Source: Thermoanaerobaculia bacterium
GTDB lineage: Bacteria > Acidobacteriota > Thermoanaerobaculia > Multivoradales > Multivoraceae
Length of the DNA stretch: 64,000 bases
Assembly: GCA_963664405.1 (NCBI GenBank)
Contig: OY761158.1
Coordinates: forward strand, 3,360,001 to 3,424,000
Direction: 5' to 3'
Positions 19,401-28,634 of the stretch are shown here, piece by piece. A model generated the notes under the pieces. It did not search any database. It saw only the letters and a program-made list of their open reading frames with translations, and was not told where the DNA came from. The stretch's first letter is position 1, and the number at the start of each line of letters is the position of its first letter. The position numbers were made by a program, and so were the translations under genes.

Positions 19401-19566
19401 CGATCAGGCGGTTGTAAGCATCAATGGGTATCTGCACTTGTCCGGATACCGGTGGGTCGGAGATCTGGGCTGCAAGCGGTAGAGCCAGGACTAGAGAGGC
19501 GAAGAGCAAGGCCGTCATGCCACCGAGCAACACGGACAGCTTGGGACATTTGTGTAGAGATCTCAT
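16429..19566 (-). CDS. large exported repeat protein with C-terminal membrane anchor (1045 aa), function unknown
   Basis: Signal peptide, about five repeated beta-rich modules, 3 C-terminal TM segments; AAGGAG RBS. Confidence 0.85.
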   Translation of the reverse strand: MRSLHKCPKLSVLLGGMTALLFASLVLALPLAAQISDPPVSGQVQIPIDAYNRLIDLSRDPVQHPRPVPADFALGSATVTVDATQPGPAASGVVRVELSIDVFEDEWTLIPVLPAATPVESVIVGGNQVQLVPTPEGLAWITRQKGSHRMSLSYRIDAARSEAGFAMAVPLPRAASMSLRATLPGSGLDVTVIPAAGVRVEPQGQATLVRATVPTTTGVQIAWRTPSRQGHTLSRALYKGQLVGDAVQWSGDFGVELFTEGTVTLELLPRTVTLNDLKVDGVDAPILVEDGHFATLIRGRGKHRVVLGFQVPVVRGEGPPRVSLQVPQVPVSRFDLTLAGKKEITVTPAASVSSRVLGGDTVATVYAPMTTTISFAWAEAVPADIRAEVRANAAIFHGVYAEEGVLNVRALVHFEMTRGETSLLRLMVPPDVQVNRITSASGAVADWRIADAAQGEEREVQIFLDRKVEGELFFEVHYDHSLAGGDADARIEVPLLRAVETHRQRGMVALLSSSELTLAPVEDGVATRVGENQLPAFVRQAFDLPVAHTFKYVESPPVLVVAASAPERKEGRFDAQVDTLISLGEVTLGASAIVEINLKSGSVTELVLTAPGDVNILNLTGPSIRDYEVSTEDDGGQSVEVEFTQEMDGQFRLELLYERILSDGEAAAEVPTIHVRGAEVEQGRLAVEALSAVEVQVANSEQLTTFDIGELPRQLILRTTHPILLAFKYVQNEPPPSLTLKVTRHRLLDVQEAVIDRAEYRTLFTRDGLAVTIARFQVRNSRKQFLRIRLPANAEVWSAFVAGRPEQPALAENGEPEKEGSVLLKIVNSTEGFPVELIYATPGSKIRGLGTVRGVLPRPDILVTESQWDIYLPAHMAYRQARGNLDISTAGAPMASGELKAEMDRLQARLASQAIEPLRIAVPAEGVHYAFHKLYANQSGEDSWFAISYASSAGRSTARALSIVGALLLWSGLALRVRRVGSVSSRQASALAGLGAALLAVTIGFYRVSAAPAAILSLVVVLIAAAIVGRKLLAQLPSSLLKGSQ

Positions 19567-19595
19567 GAGCACTCCTTGTGACGGGGTGAGGCGGG

Positions 19596-22301
19596 TCAGC
19601 GACTGTCGCCGATCGCCAGAGCGGGACGCGGCAGCACCTTGAGGTGCCCCGCATAGCGTAGAGATTCCGCAAGCTGGATCTGCCACAGCGGCAGGACCGA
19701 GGGACGGGCAGCGAGGACAGCCAGGTACTCGTCGAGCATGGCGAGATCGGCAACGATGTCGCGATCACGCTCGAGGCCTGGGACCTCGCCGCGCAGGCCC
19801 TGGAGCAGCAGTCGAGCGCGCTCCAGCGTTTGCCCCGCGTCCTCGGGTCGGCCCTCCGCCACTTCTCGTCCGGCGAGGTCGAGAGTGGTGAAGAGCTCGT
19901 GGGCGAGAAGGTTCTTGAAAACGTTCGTCTCCAGCGCACCCGCCGGCCGCTGCTGGCGTGCGAGGTCGAGATGGGACCGGCTCACACCGTTGCGCAGATA
20001 GACCAGATCCTTGTAGCGAACGGTCACGTCGGCGATCTCGCCCGCACCCGGTGCAACCACGTCGAGCAGAAAGACATGGGCGTCGCCTGCGTAGAAGCTC
20101 GGAATGACGATCTGGATACCGTCTTCGTCGTCACCTCGATCGGCGGTGATGCCCAGGTTCTTGGCCAATCGGCGATCGACGCTCTCTTCCGCCTCCCGGA
20201 CCCGGGCAGCGCCGCTCTCGCCGAGGCGCTCGGAGCCCACAACCTCGATCAGTCGAACTCCGGGCGCGAGTCGAATGCGCAGCCGCACGGCTCGAGCGAC
20301 AACCCGACTCACCGCTTCGAGCTCACGCTCGACCAGGGCATCGGCCTCCGTGGCGCTCTGCAACAGGCGCCGGTTGCCCTGCCCAGCGAGGGCGATTCGA
20401 TCGAGCTCTTTGGTGTCAACGCCGTCGCCAATGCCGACCACACCCACTGGAACACCCGCAACGGCACTGACATGGGCCAGCTTTTCGAGCGTTTCACCGG
20501 CAGCGCCGAACGGCTGCGAAGTAGCGAGGAGAACGACGCTGCTGCCGAGCGGCGACGAAGGGTCGTCGCTCGCCGCCACTCGCTCGATCGCGGTCTCGAG
20601 TGCCCGGACGGGATCGAGTGCCTCGCCGTCGCCGCCGCGCTCCAGCAGAAGCCGGTCCATGGCTACCCGAAGCGGGCCGTAGTGAAACTGGCCAGGCTCG
20701 ACGATGACACCGCCGAGGCGCCCCGCCGCAACTAGGCAGAAGCGATCGCCGAGGTCCCTCGCGGCGCCCAGAGAGCTCACTAGGGCGCGCATCGCGGTGA
20801 CGGCCTCGCTGTCCAGCTCGGAGCGCAGATCGAGCACCAGACACAGATTCATCGGTCCGCGCCTCCCGCTCGATCGCGTTGTCGCTTGAAGCCCGACCTG
20901 AAGCAGGACTCTGCCCTCCTGCTCGAGCCCGCTACGGTCCGCGTGCAGATAGGCGGCGAGCGCCGCAGCCGTCGGCGGATCGAAAGGCTGAGTGGTCTGC
21001 CGGGCGGCGTTATGAAGCTGGAGCGGGCGGCCGAGAACGGAGCGAAGCTCGGATCGGTCCTCTCCGGTGACTCTCGATTCGAGAAGGCGCAAAAGTGGAT
21101 CTCCCGGCACATAGGTGTTGGCCCAATAACCGGCAGCCTCCTGGAAGCTCAGATTGTCGGTGCTCTCGCGGCCGGCCAGGAAGCGCACAGCCGAACTGGT
21201 CGCGTCAGCGGGATTGTTGAAGGGGCCGTTCATCCGCGAGTCCTCTTTCTTGTCGGCAAGCTCCTCTCCTGGACGATGGGCCTGGTCGCCGCGGAAGCTA
21301 TCCACCCCTCGAGGCAAATACACATCTCTCTTCCTGAAACGCTCGTCGGGCGGCACCGACTCGGGCAAGACGGCCGCAGCAGAGGAGGATGTCTCACTTC
21401 GCTCGGGTGCCTCGGTGGTCTCTGTGACCGTCTCGCCTAGCGAGGGGAAAGTCTCGACAAGCGAAGGGGGGGTCTCGACAAACGACAGGTCGTCCGCGTG
21501 AGTATTGCCGTCGCGCCCCCGCTCCTGATCAGGGAGGGACAACTGCTTGCTCTCGACCCCGTCTGGGTCCTCGCCGAACGCGAGTGCTCCTCCGAGAGCG
21601 CCGCCGTCCGTTCTCGGCTGGCCCTCCGCTTCGGGGACCGAGCCCGCTTTCTGCGCAGCACGAATGTCCTTCGAGAGAGCGATATTCCGGCCGCCTTCTC
21701 GGTCTTCTTCGTACTTGCGCTCACCCTCCACGATGGCGGGTTCGTCGCCCACATACCCCAAGGCCCGAAGCTCCTCCAAGGCGTCCTCCGGCACCGAGGC
21801 GATCGGCGCTTTCACCTTGCCTGCCGATCGCCGGACGGCTTGCTCCGCACTCTCGACCGCCACCGACACATACTCCTCACTCAGCCCGTCCAGCGCTAGC
21901 TTGTTCCGCTCGAAGAGCCGCGGAGTGACAAAGAAGAGCATGGCAGCAAAACCCGCGACGCCGAGTGACAGCTGGACAGGCCGAGATCGGGTCAGCGTGC
22001 CAACGGCCTCTTTCAAGGCGCCAAGCCACCGACGATCACCTTCCGCCTCACCTTCCACGCAGGGTGTCGATGTGGCCGAAGCAACCACTCTCTCCACCAG
22101 ATCCTGGGGCGCCTGGTATGGAGGCAGGGAAGACAGCTCCGCCTCGATTGCGGCCAGCGCCTCGAGGAAGGGGAAGCAGTCGGAGCAGTCCGTCACGTGG
22201 TCCCGGGCCTGCGGGTTCTGATGCAGAGCCGCCACTCCCTCTGCGGCAAGTAGCTCTTGTGTCAGCTGACAGATCTTCTTCATCGAGAGACCCTTCTTCA
22301 T
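19596..22301 (-). CDS. zinc-finger anti-sigma factor fused to TM, acidic linker and degenerate vWA domain
   Basis: HVTDCSDC ZAS motif, one TM, vWA-like NLCLVLD...VLLATS...GVVGIG; ATGA-coupled to the ECF sigma. Confidence 0.8.
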   Translation of the reverse strand: MKKGLSMKKICQLTQELLAAEGVAALHQNPQARDHVTDCSDCFPFLEALAAIEAELSSLPPYQAPQDLVERVVASATSTPCVEGEAEGDRRWLGALKEAVGTLTRSRPVQLSLGVAGFAAMLFFVTPRLFERNKLALDGLSEEYVSVAVESAEQAVRRSAGKVKAPIASVPEDALEELRALGYVGDEPAIVEGERKYEEDREGGRNIALSKDIRAAQKAGSVPEAEGQPRTDGGALGGALAFGEDPDGVESKQLSLPDQERGRDGNTHADDLSFVETPPSLVETFPSLGETVTETTEAPERSETSSSAAAVLPESVPPDERFRKRDVYLPRGVDSFRGDQAHRPGEELADKKEDSRMNGPFNNPADATSSAVRFLAGRESTDNLSFQEAAGYWANTYVPGDPLLRLLESRVTGEDRSELRSVLGRPLQLHNAARQTTQPFDPPTAAALAAYLHADRSGLEQEGRVLLQVGLQATTRSSGRRGPMNLCLVLDLRSELDSEAVTAMRALVSSLGAARDLGDRFCLVAAGRLGGVIVEPGQFHYGPLRVAMDRLLLERGGDGEALDPVRALETAIERVAASDDPSSPLGSSVVLLATSQPFGAAGETLEKLAHVSAVAGVPVGVVGIGDGVDTKELDRIALAGQGNRRLLQSATEADALVERELEAVSRVVARAVRLRIRLAPGVRLIEVVGSERLGESGAARVREAEESVDRRLAKNLGITADRGDDEDGIQIVIPSFYAGDAHVFLLDVVAPGAGEIADVTVRYKDLVYLRNGVSRSHLDLARQQRPAGALETNVFKNLLAHELFTTLDLAGREVAEGRPEDAGQTLERARLLLQGLRGEVPGLERDRDIVADLAMLDEYLAVLAARPSVLPLWQIQLAESLRYAGHLKVLPRPALAIGDSR

Positions 22302-22903
22302 TGGAAGACCTCGCCTTCGCGGTCGGGGTGAAGCCTCGCCCGGGATCGAGCCAGAGCAAGGCGGGCGCGCCTCAAGCGCGTCTTGACTGTGTTGAGCGGT
22401 ATCGCGAGCGAAGAGGCGACGCTCTTGAGAGCGAGGCCCTCGACGGAAACCAGGAGCAGTACCTCGCGCTGCTCTCGTGGAAGACGCGCGATCTCGCCCT
22501 CCAACCAGGCTGCGGACTCGCGGCCTTCGAGGACCCGCGCGCCATCCGGCGCCGGATCGGCAGGCTCGTGCTCAGGCGCAGCCGCTTGCATGATCTGACG
22601 CACCCGCCTTCTTCGATAGTGGTTGCGGACGGTGTTGGCAACGATGGTGAACACCCAGGGATGAAGCGGGCGATCGGAGCTGTAGCGAGCTGCCGATCGA
22701 TGAACCTTCATGAAGATGTCCTGGAAGAGGTCGTCACGGTCCGCGCCGACGACCCCGGTCCGCGTCAGATAGGAGTAGATGGGCGCCTGATAGCGTGCGA
22801 CCAGCTCGCCGAAAGCGTCGCGGTCGCCGTCGCGATGGCGCTCCAGAAGACGGCCTTCGTCACTCGTCTCAACCGACTGAGGCACTCCGGCTCCCTCGCT
22901 CAT
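22298..22903 (-). CDS. ECF RNA polymerase sigma factor
   Basis: GDRDAFGELVARY, DDLFQDIF, WVFTIVAN..RN, LPREQREV, PLNTVKTRLRRAR. Confidence 0.92.
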   Translation of the reverse strand: MSEGAGVPQSVETSDEGRLLERHRDGDRDAFGELVARYQAPIYSYLTRTGVVGADRDDLFQDIFMKVHRSAARYSSDRPLHPWVFTIVANTVRNHYRRRRVRQIMQAAAPEHEPADPAPDGARVLEGRESAAWLEGEIARLPREQREVLLLVSVEGLALKSVASSLAIPLNTVKTRLRRARLALARSRARLHPDREGEVFQ

Positions 22904-22945
22904 CGCCGTGCCTCGAGCCTGCTGCAAAGTGTCCACAACAACGCC

Positions 22946-22971
22946 ATACCCACAAGGCGACGAAAGGTTCC
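22946..22971 (-). promoter_or_regulatory. putative ECF-type promoter (GGAAC-N17-GTAT)
   Basis: Directly upstream of the ECF gene; pattern match only. Confidence 0.4.
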
Positions 22972-23034
22972 CGTCTTTTCTATGGCTCCGATGGACATCG
23001 CTCTTGTATCCGGACACCACCACGCCCGCTTTCG

Positions 23035-24393
23035 CTACTGTGAGCGGCAGCGGGGCCAGCAACTCATAGCGCGGATCTCGACCAGGCCGGCGCGGGTGCC
23101 CACCCAGAGGGTGTCTCCAACCGCGAGGAGAGCTGTGACGTCGTCGGAAGGAAGACCGTGGTCGCTGCTGATGCGCTTGAGGCGCGCCCCGTCGCGCCGA
23201 TGAAGCAACAGGCCGTCGCCCATGGTCCCAACCGCGACTCGCCTCTGCCACACGGAAACGGCATTGGGATTGACCCATACGTCGTTTGCAAGCGGACTCG
23301 CGGACTCGTCGCCATCGATCGAATGCAGCCCGGCATCGTAGGTGCCGACCCAGACTCGCCGCCCGACCGGCTCGAGTGCGGTAACCCAGCTGTCCGGCAG
23401 CTTGCCGTTGAGCTCGGAGAAGCGCTGCCACCTTCCACTCGTTCGCCGCAGCACACCTCGCATTCCGGCCGCCCACAGAACATCCTGATGAACGAAGGCT
23501 GTGTGCAGCGCCTCTCCCGGCAACTCGATCGAATCCCAGCCCGCCGCCGATTGCAGCCATACTGCCGAACCCGTCGTCACCACCAAGCGACCCTGATCAC
23601 CGCGAATCGCCTGAACGGAGCCACGAACGCCCGCGACCGGCTCGATTCGTGCGCTGACCTCATCCCAACGGCCGAGGCCCGCGCCGCTGCCAACCCAAAG
23701 GGCAGCCCCATCGAAGTGAATGGCATTGATCCACCGCGCGCGCGGCCGGTCGCCGGAATCGACCTCGACCCACACACCGTCCTCGAGCCGCGCCAAGCCA
23801 TTGTCGAAGTAGCCGGCCCAAAGGACCCCATCCTGTGCAGCGAGCGCGGAGACATTCGTTCCCGGCGGGCCGGGGAGACGGATGCTGCGAACCTCGAAAC
23901 CGTCGTAGAGAGACAGTCCGCCCGGGTGGGCGAGGACCAGCAGTCTACCCACCGTCGCCAGGTCGCTGATCCAGGATGGGCTACCGGCGACTGGATCTGC
24001 TCCGGCGCGAAAGAGCCCACCCCCGAAAGTAGCGACCAGACGCCGGCCGTGCGAGACCCCGACAGCGCTGACCGGGAAGCCTGCCACTTGCTCGGTCGAG
24101 GGCGAGACCGCCGAAGTGGGCGAAGAAGCAGCACCCTGGCACCAACCGACAACCGACAGGGGCGCGGCGGAAGGCCGGCGGAACGCCCTCTCCAAGTCGA
24201 CAGGTCTCAGGGTGAGTACCGAACCGGTCGCGGTAGTAGCAACGAGAGCGCCGCTCTCGATCTTCAAGCGCCTCACATCGCTGAAGCTGCAATGACGGCG
24301 GATCTCGAGGTCGCTACGGGAGGCATCCGACCCACCGGCCGCCGCAACATTCACTACGAGCAGCGCGGTCCCGACAAACCTCACGACCCTCAC
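23035..24393 (-). CDS. exported beta-propeller protein (two-component regulator propeller-like repeats)
   Basis: Repeated LWVG/LWAG..GL blades, LPDSWVTAL, GLPSDDVTAL; signal peptide; GTGA overlap. Confidence 0.8.
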   Translation of the reverse strand: MRVVRFVGTALLVVNVAAAGGSDASRSDLEIRRHCSFSDVRRLKIESGALVATTATGSVLTLRPVDLERAFRRPSAAPLSVVGWCQGAASSPTSAVSPSTEQVAGFPVSAVGVSHGRRLVATFGGGLFRAGADPVAGSPSWISDLATVGRLLVLAHPGGLSLYDGFEVRSIRLPGPPGTNVSALAAQDGVLWAGYFDNGLARLEDGVWVEVDSGDRPRARWINAIHFDGAALWVGSGAGLGRWDEVSARIEPVAGVRGSVQAIRGDQGRLVVTTGSAVWLQSAAGWDSIELPGEALHTAFVHQDVLWAAGMRGVLRRTSGRWQRFSELNGKLPDSWVTALEPVGRRVWVGTYDAGLHSIDGDESASPLANDVWVNPNAVSVWQRRVAVGTMGDGLLLHRRDGARLKRISSDHGLPSDDVTALLAVGDTLWVGTRAGLVEIRAMSCWPRCRSQ

Positions 24394-26971
24394 CTCGACG
24401 CCTCCTGGACGGGGATCTCCACCGCCACGCTTCGGCTGAAGGTGTTGCGAGCGGCATCCACAGCCAAGAAACGAAAGCTGTAGCGTCCGGGCCGATACCA
24501 CTCGGGAAGCTCGTAGTCTCCCCGCCACACCGCCGGCATCTCGTCGTTGATCTCGAGCACCCTGCGCAGCACGACGTACCCCCCCTGGGGCGGGCGGACC
24601 ACGACACTGATTACGTCGGGAATGACGAAGGCCAAAGCACCCTCGGACGGCGAACGAAAAGACAGTGAGTCGAAAACGCCGCCAACGGGGGTGGCTTCAA
24701 AGCGCAGCGTTCGTCCTACCAGCTCGGTCCTGACAGCGAAGCGTGGCGCGGTTTCGTCAACCACGTACTCCGCGGAGGTGGTGATCCAGTCGCCGTGGGG
24801 AAGCACGATGCGAATCTGAATGGTGTAACGGCCCTGTTCCTGATCCTTGGGCACGAGGAAGCGACACACCCAGACACCGCTGACCGGGTCTTTTTCGAGC
24901 TGCTTACGCAGACCGAAGGGAAAGAAGGCAGACACCGAGGTCGCCTCCTCTGGAGCCCTCACCGTAAGCACAGGGTCGCCGGGTTTGATTCGCTCCATGC
25001 TCAGCTCGGCCGGCCCGAAGACTCCTTCGTAACTCATCCCGTCGGGCAGCTCGGAGGGAATCAAGACGGTCTCATAAGGCAGATCGGCGCCCTCTCGGAG
25101 CCTTCGCTCGACCGCGACGAAGGAGGTGTACTTGCTCATCAAGTGGTACTCGAGGGCCAGCCCGAGCACAGCCTCGCGGATCTCGGGAATCTCCCGCCGC
25201 ACTTGAAGGCGCATGAGATCAGCGATCGTGCGTCGCGCCCAGAGCTGCCTCAGGGAGCCATTCTCGGGCTCGCGAGCAGGGAGCTCGACGTCCACCGGAA
25301 TCTCCTCCCAGCCCTGGCCCCGACGACCGCGTAGATAGATCGTTGCCGTCCCCGGCTCGCGATAGCGGCCGACGAGAAAGACCGGCTGCCGATCGAAGAG
25401 ATCGGGAACGGTCGCCGGAAGCGGGCTCTCGACAGAAAGGCCATTCCAATCCGTCTCGACCGAAGTGAGCACAGGCATATTGAGGCGGCGAAAGAAGCGG
25501 TCCACGGCAGGAGCTGGGTCCTCGTCGTTACGCAGGTACTGAGCAAAGCCGCGACCCTCACGAGCCATCTCCCCGATGAGATAGCGGTTGGGCGAGGAGC
25601 CCACGCCGAGCGAGTAGAGACGCGTGTCACCGACGCGCTGCCGGATTGCGTCGAGGATCTGGGTCTCGTTGCCGATGTAACCATCGGTGAGAAAAAAGAC
25701 CATTCGCTGGCGATCGGGGTCGGGAGGGAAGTCGAGCGCAGCCTTGACCCCTTCGATCATCTGCGTTCCTCCAGAGCCACGTAAGCTGTCTACGTAGGTC
25801 GTGCCGAGCCGCCGGTTCTCGACCGTATTCGCCAAAGCGCGGGGAGAAAGTGCCGACGCGGTCTCAGAGAAGCGGATGACCCGAAAGGTGTCGTGCGGGT
25901 TCATACCGGCGATGAACTTCTTCATCAGCGCTTTGGACGCCGTCATCGGGAAGCCCGACATCGACCCCGAGCAGTCGAGGACAAAAACCATCTCCTTGGG
26001 AACCACCTCCTCACTACTGACCTCGGCGGGTGGTTGAACCATCAGCAAGAAATAGCCGACGTCGCCGGTACGATGGGTCAAGAGAGACGTTTCAATCTCT
26101 CTGCCTACGGTCGAATAGCTGAGAACGAAGTCCTTGTTCGGGATCCGCTCCTCCGGCCCCAAGCTCACCAGCACCTGCGAGCCGCCCTGCCAATCGAAGA
26201 TCGGGTCGTGGCTGGGCGAGCCGATCTCGCGCAGCGGGAAACCCGCCGAAATGAGCACTGAGAGCTCGATGTCATGACCACTGCGCAGAGGGCCGGCGGC
26301 AGAACCGGTGGAGTGATGCGGCTCGCGTCAGGCACCACATCGCTATCGAGCGAGGTGCCGGTCCCTTGATGACCGGCACCTCGACCCGGGTTGAAGCGCG
26401 GACCCACCGTCATCGGGAAGGAAAAGGTGTAGACGCCGTCGTCGTAGGCGAGCTCCTGGGTGTAGCGCAATGCGACCACGATCTCCTCCCCAGGACCGAT
26501 ATTCGCCACCGATTGGGTGAAGATATTGGGGCGCTCCTGCTCCAACAAAGCAGCTCGCTTCCCGCTGGCCTTCGCCTTCTCATATTTCTTGCGAGCCGCC
26601 TTGCGCTCTTTGATCTCGGCCGTGACCAGGCGGTCTCCGATGCGGATCACAGACTCGTGCACGGCCGCGTTGGCCGGCAGTGGAAACTTGTAAATGGCCT
26701 CGATGGGTCGTGGACTGGGGTTGGAGAAGAACTGTTGGACTGTGACTCGAGCCACGAAGCCCGAGACCTCGCCAACAACGGAAGTCTTCCGCAGAGGCAA
26801 AGCGAGCGTTCTCTCTCCTTCGGGGCCGATCTCGCCGGTGGTCTCCCAGCGGTACTCCATGACTCCCTGCCGCAGACTTACGTCCTCGGCAAGGGAAGGC
26901 ACCAGGGGTAGCAGGAAGAGAAGAGCGGCAAAGGCAGTGCGTTCTAGGGCAGGTGCGCGGGAAGCTCTCAT
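24390..26971 (-). CDS. exported VIT + vWA domain protein, split by a 1-nt frameshift near 26290
   Basis: VIT (QFFSNP..IEAIYKFPLP..AAV..ALLEQERPNIF) in 26165-26971; vWA with MIDAS DCSGS and TDG in 24390-26258; frames join at PPVLPP/LRSGHDI. Confidence 0.85.
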
Positions 26972-27007
26972 GAGGTGGACTCCTTTCTGTCGTTACACCT
27001 GAGGTAA

Positions 27008-27023
27008 GGCAACTGCCGTGCCA
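27008..27023 (-). promoter_or_regulatory. sigma54 -24/-12 promoter
   Basis: TGGCACGGCAGTTGC, matching the TGGCAC-N5-TTGC consensus, ~40 bp upstream of the VIT-vWA start. Confidence 0.85.
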
Positions 27024-27065
27024 GGCGTAGGTGACGCCACTTTGGGGTCCGGGCGACCGACGTCC

Positions 27066-27102
27066 GTGTCCAGCTCGACACCAGCCGTGTCCGAGGGGGC
27101 AC
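27066..27102. promoter_or_regulatory. tandem palindromes, candidate enhancer (UAS)
   Basis: GTGTC-N6-GACAC (27066-27081) and GTGTC-N6-GGCAC (27087-27102), 21 bp apart. Confidence 0.5.
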
Positions 27103-27146
27103 GTGGTCGCAGCCGGGGCCGCCAGCTACCATAGGTAAAGGAAAGA

Positions 27147-28634
27147 GTGCGAAGGTTGCCTCGAATCAACCAAAAAGAGCGGAGGTCGGTAGCAGCCGCG
27201 ACGGGCTTCGCCCTCGGCCTTGCGCTCACCGCCCTCCTCACCTCCTGCTCCGGCACCAGCTCGGCACCCGATCTGACTCCTACCGGCGTGGAGGAGTGCC
27301 TCCTCTCCGTAGGACCCTTCGCCAGGGACACCGCCGTCGAGATCGCCGTCGACGAGGCCATCGACCTAGCGCACGCACCGACACCTCATAACGACGACGA
27401 GCGCCTCGTCTTTCGGCAACTCTACGAGACCGCGGTCACCCTCGACTGCAACCACCGGCTGCAGCCGGGCCTCGCCGAGAAGTGGAGCAGCACGGATGGA
27501 GGACGTATCTGGACCCTGAGATTGAGACCGAGAGCCCGATTCTGGAGCGGCTCTCTTGTCACCGCCGCCGAAGTTAGAGCGAGCTGGATCACTCACTCTG
27601 CCGGCGACAGAAGAGAGCTACCCTGGGAGTCGCTGCGAGTCGTGGGAGAGCGGGAATTGGTGATGGTCTTCTCTCAACCACGCTCCGATCTCTCATTTCT
27701 TGCTGCCCCTGACTTCGCCGTTTCGCGCAAAGCCGCCTCTGAAGCCTGGCCGGAAGGCACGGGGCCATTCCGCGTCCGAAGCGATCTGAACGGGACGCGA
27801 CCCCAGGAGGGCCTGACCCTGATACCTACCGCCGACGGGATCGCGGGCCGCGAGATCCGACTACGGCAGGCCGGTGCAAGCGACCCGCGGGATCTGCTCG
27901 ACGAAGGGATCGATCTCCTCTTCACCCGCGACTCTTCGGTACTCGAGTACGCCGCGACTCTACCGGGCTTCGAGTCTCGACCCTTGCCCTGGGACCGTTC
28001 ACTCTTGCTTCTGTTGTCCCCTCCGAGAGCGCCTAGGGAGCGTGGCTCCTCGCTGCCACGCGACCTCCTCGACGACCTGGCCGGCGACGCCCTGTCGGGT
28101 GAGGCCAGGGTCGCCAGAAGATCCGGTTGGCTCGACGGGCTCGACGATTGTGATCTCGCCGCCTCTCCCGGAGCTGTGTTGCCTCGCGTATCCCCGAGGG
28201 AGGTGGATCGAATTGTTCACTTCGAGGACGACCCAGATGCCGCCGCCCTCGCGGCCCGCCTCGTCGCTCTCGGTGACCGGGTCGATACCCGCGGTTCCAA
28301 GGCGCAGCTAGAGCGCCTCTTCCTAGGTCCAGTCCCGGCCGTCGCGGCAGGTCTGTCGGCGCAAGAGCTGCAGGCGACCCTCGAGGCGGGCGGCGAAACG
28401 GCCTATCTTCTACACCTGCCAATCCCTGTGAGCGACCGCTGCCTCGCTGCTCGGACTCTCTTCGACCGGGCTCCGTGGCTCTCGCTCGACCTCGCCCGAG
28501 AGCTAGTCGTCCCACTCGTCGAGACCCGCAGGCGGGCGATCGTGCGACGACAAATTGGCGGCGTGAGAGTCGGCTCGCAAGGTACGCCCCTGTTCTACCC
28601 GCCCCGATGGCGAGAAGCGGAGAGCTGGCAGTGA
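27147..28634 (+). CDS. orphan family-5-like solute-binding lipoprotein
   Basis: LTSC lipobox, QLYET...PGLAEKWSSTDGGRIWTLRLR..ARFWSG, GTGPF; no permease or ATPase nearby. Confidence 0.75.
   Translation: MRRLPRINQKERRSVAAATGFALGLALTALLTSCSGTSSAPDLTPTGVEECLLSVGPFARDTAVEIAVDEAIDLAHAPTPHNDDERLVFRQLYETAVTLDCNHRLQPGLAEKWSSTDGGRIWTLRLRPRARFWSGSLVTAAEVRASWITHSAGDRRELPWESLRVVGERELVMVFSQPRSDLSFLAAPDFAVSRKAASEAWPEGTGPFRVRSDLNGTRPQEGLTLIPTADGIAGREIRLRQAGASDPRDLLDEGIDLLFTRDSSVLEYAATLPGFESRPLPWDRSLLLLLSPPRAPRERGSSLPRDLLDDLAGDALSGEARVARRSGWLDGLDDCDLAASPGAVLPRVSPREVDRIVHFEDDPDAAALAARLVALGDRVDTRGSKAQLERLFLGPVPAVAAGLSAQELQATLEAGGETAYLLHLPIPVSDRCLAARTLFDRAPWLSLDLARELVVPLVETRRRAIVRRQIGGVRVGSQGTPLFYPPRWREAESWQ

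Noticed and set aside
22904-23560. 420-aa sigma factor with a long N-terminal domain
   Set aside because: The extension overlaps the propeller gene in another frame and is Arg-rich shadow sequence
21965-24483. Long plus-strand ORFs (412 and 441 aa)
   Set aside because: Antisense shadows of real minus-strand genes in high-GC DNA
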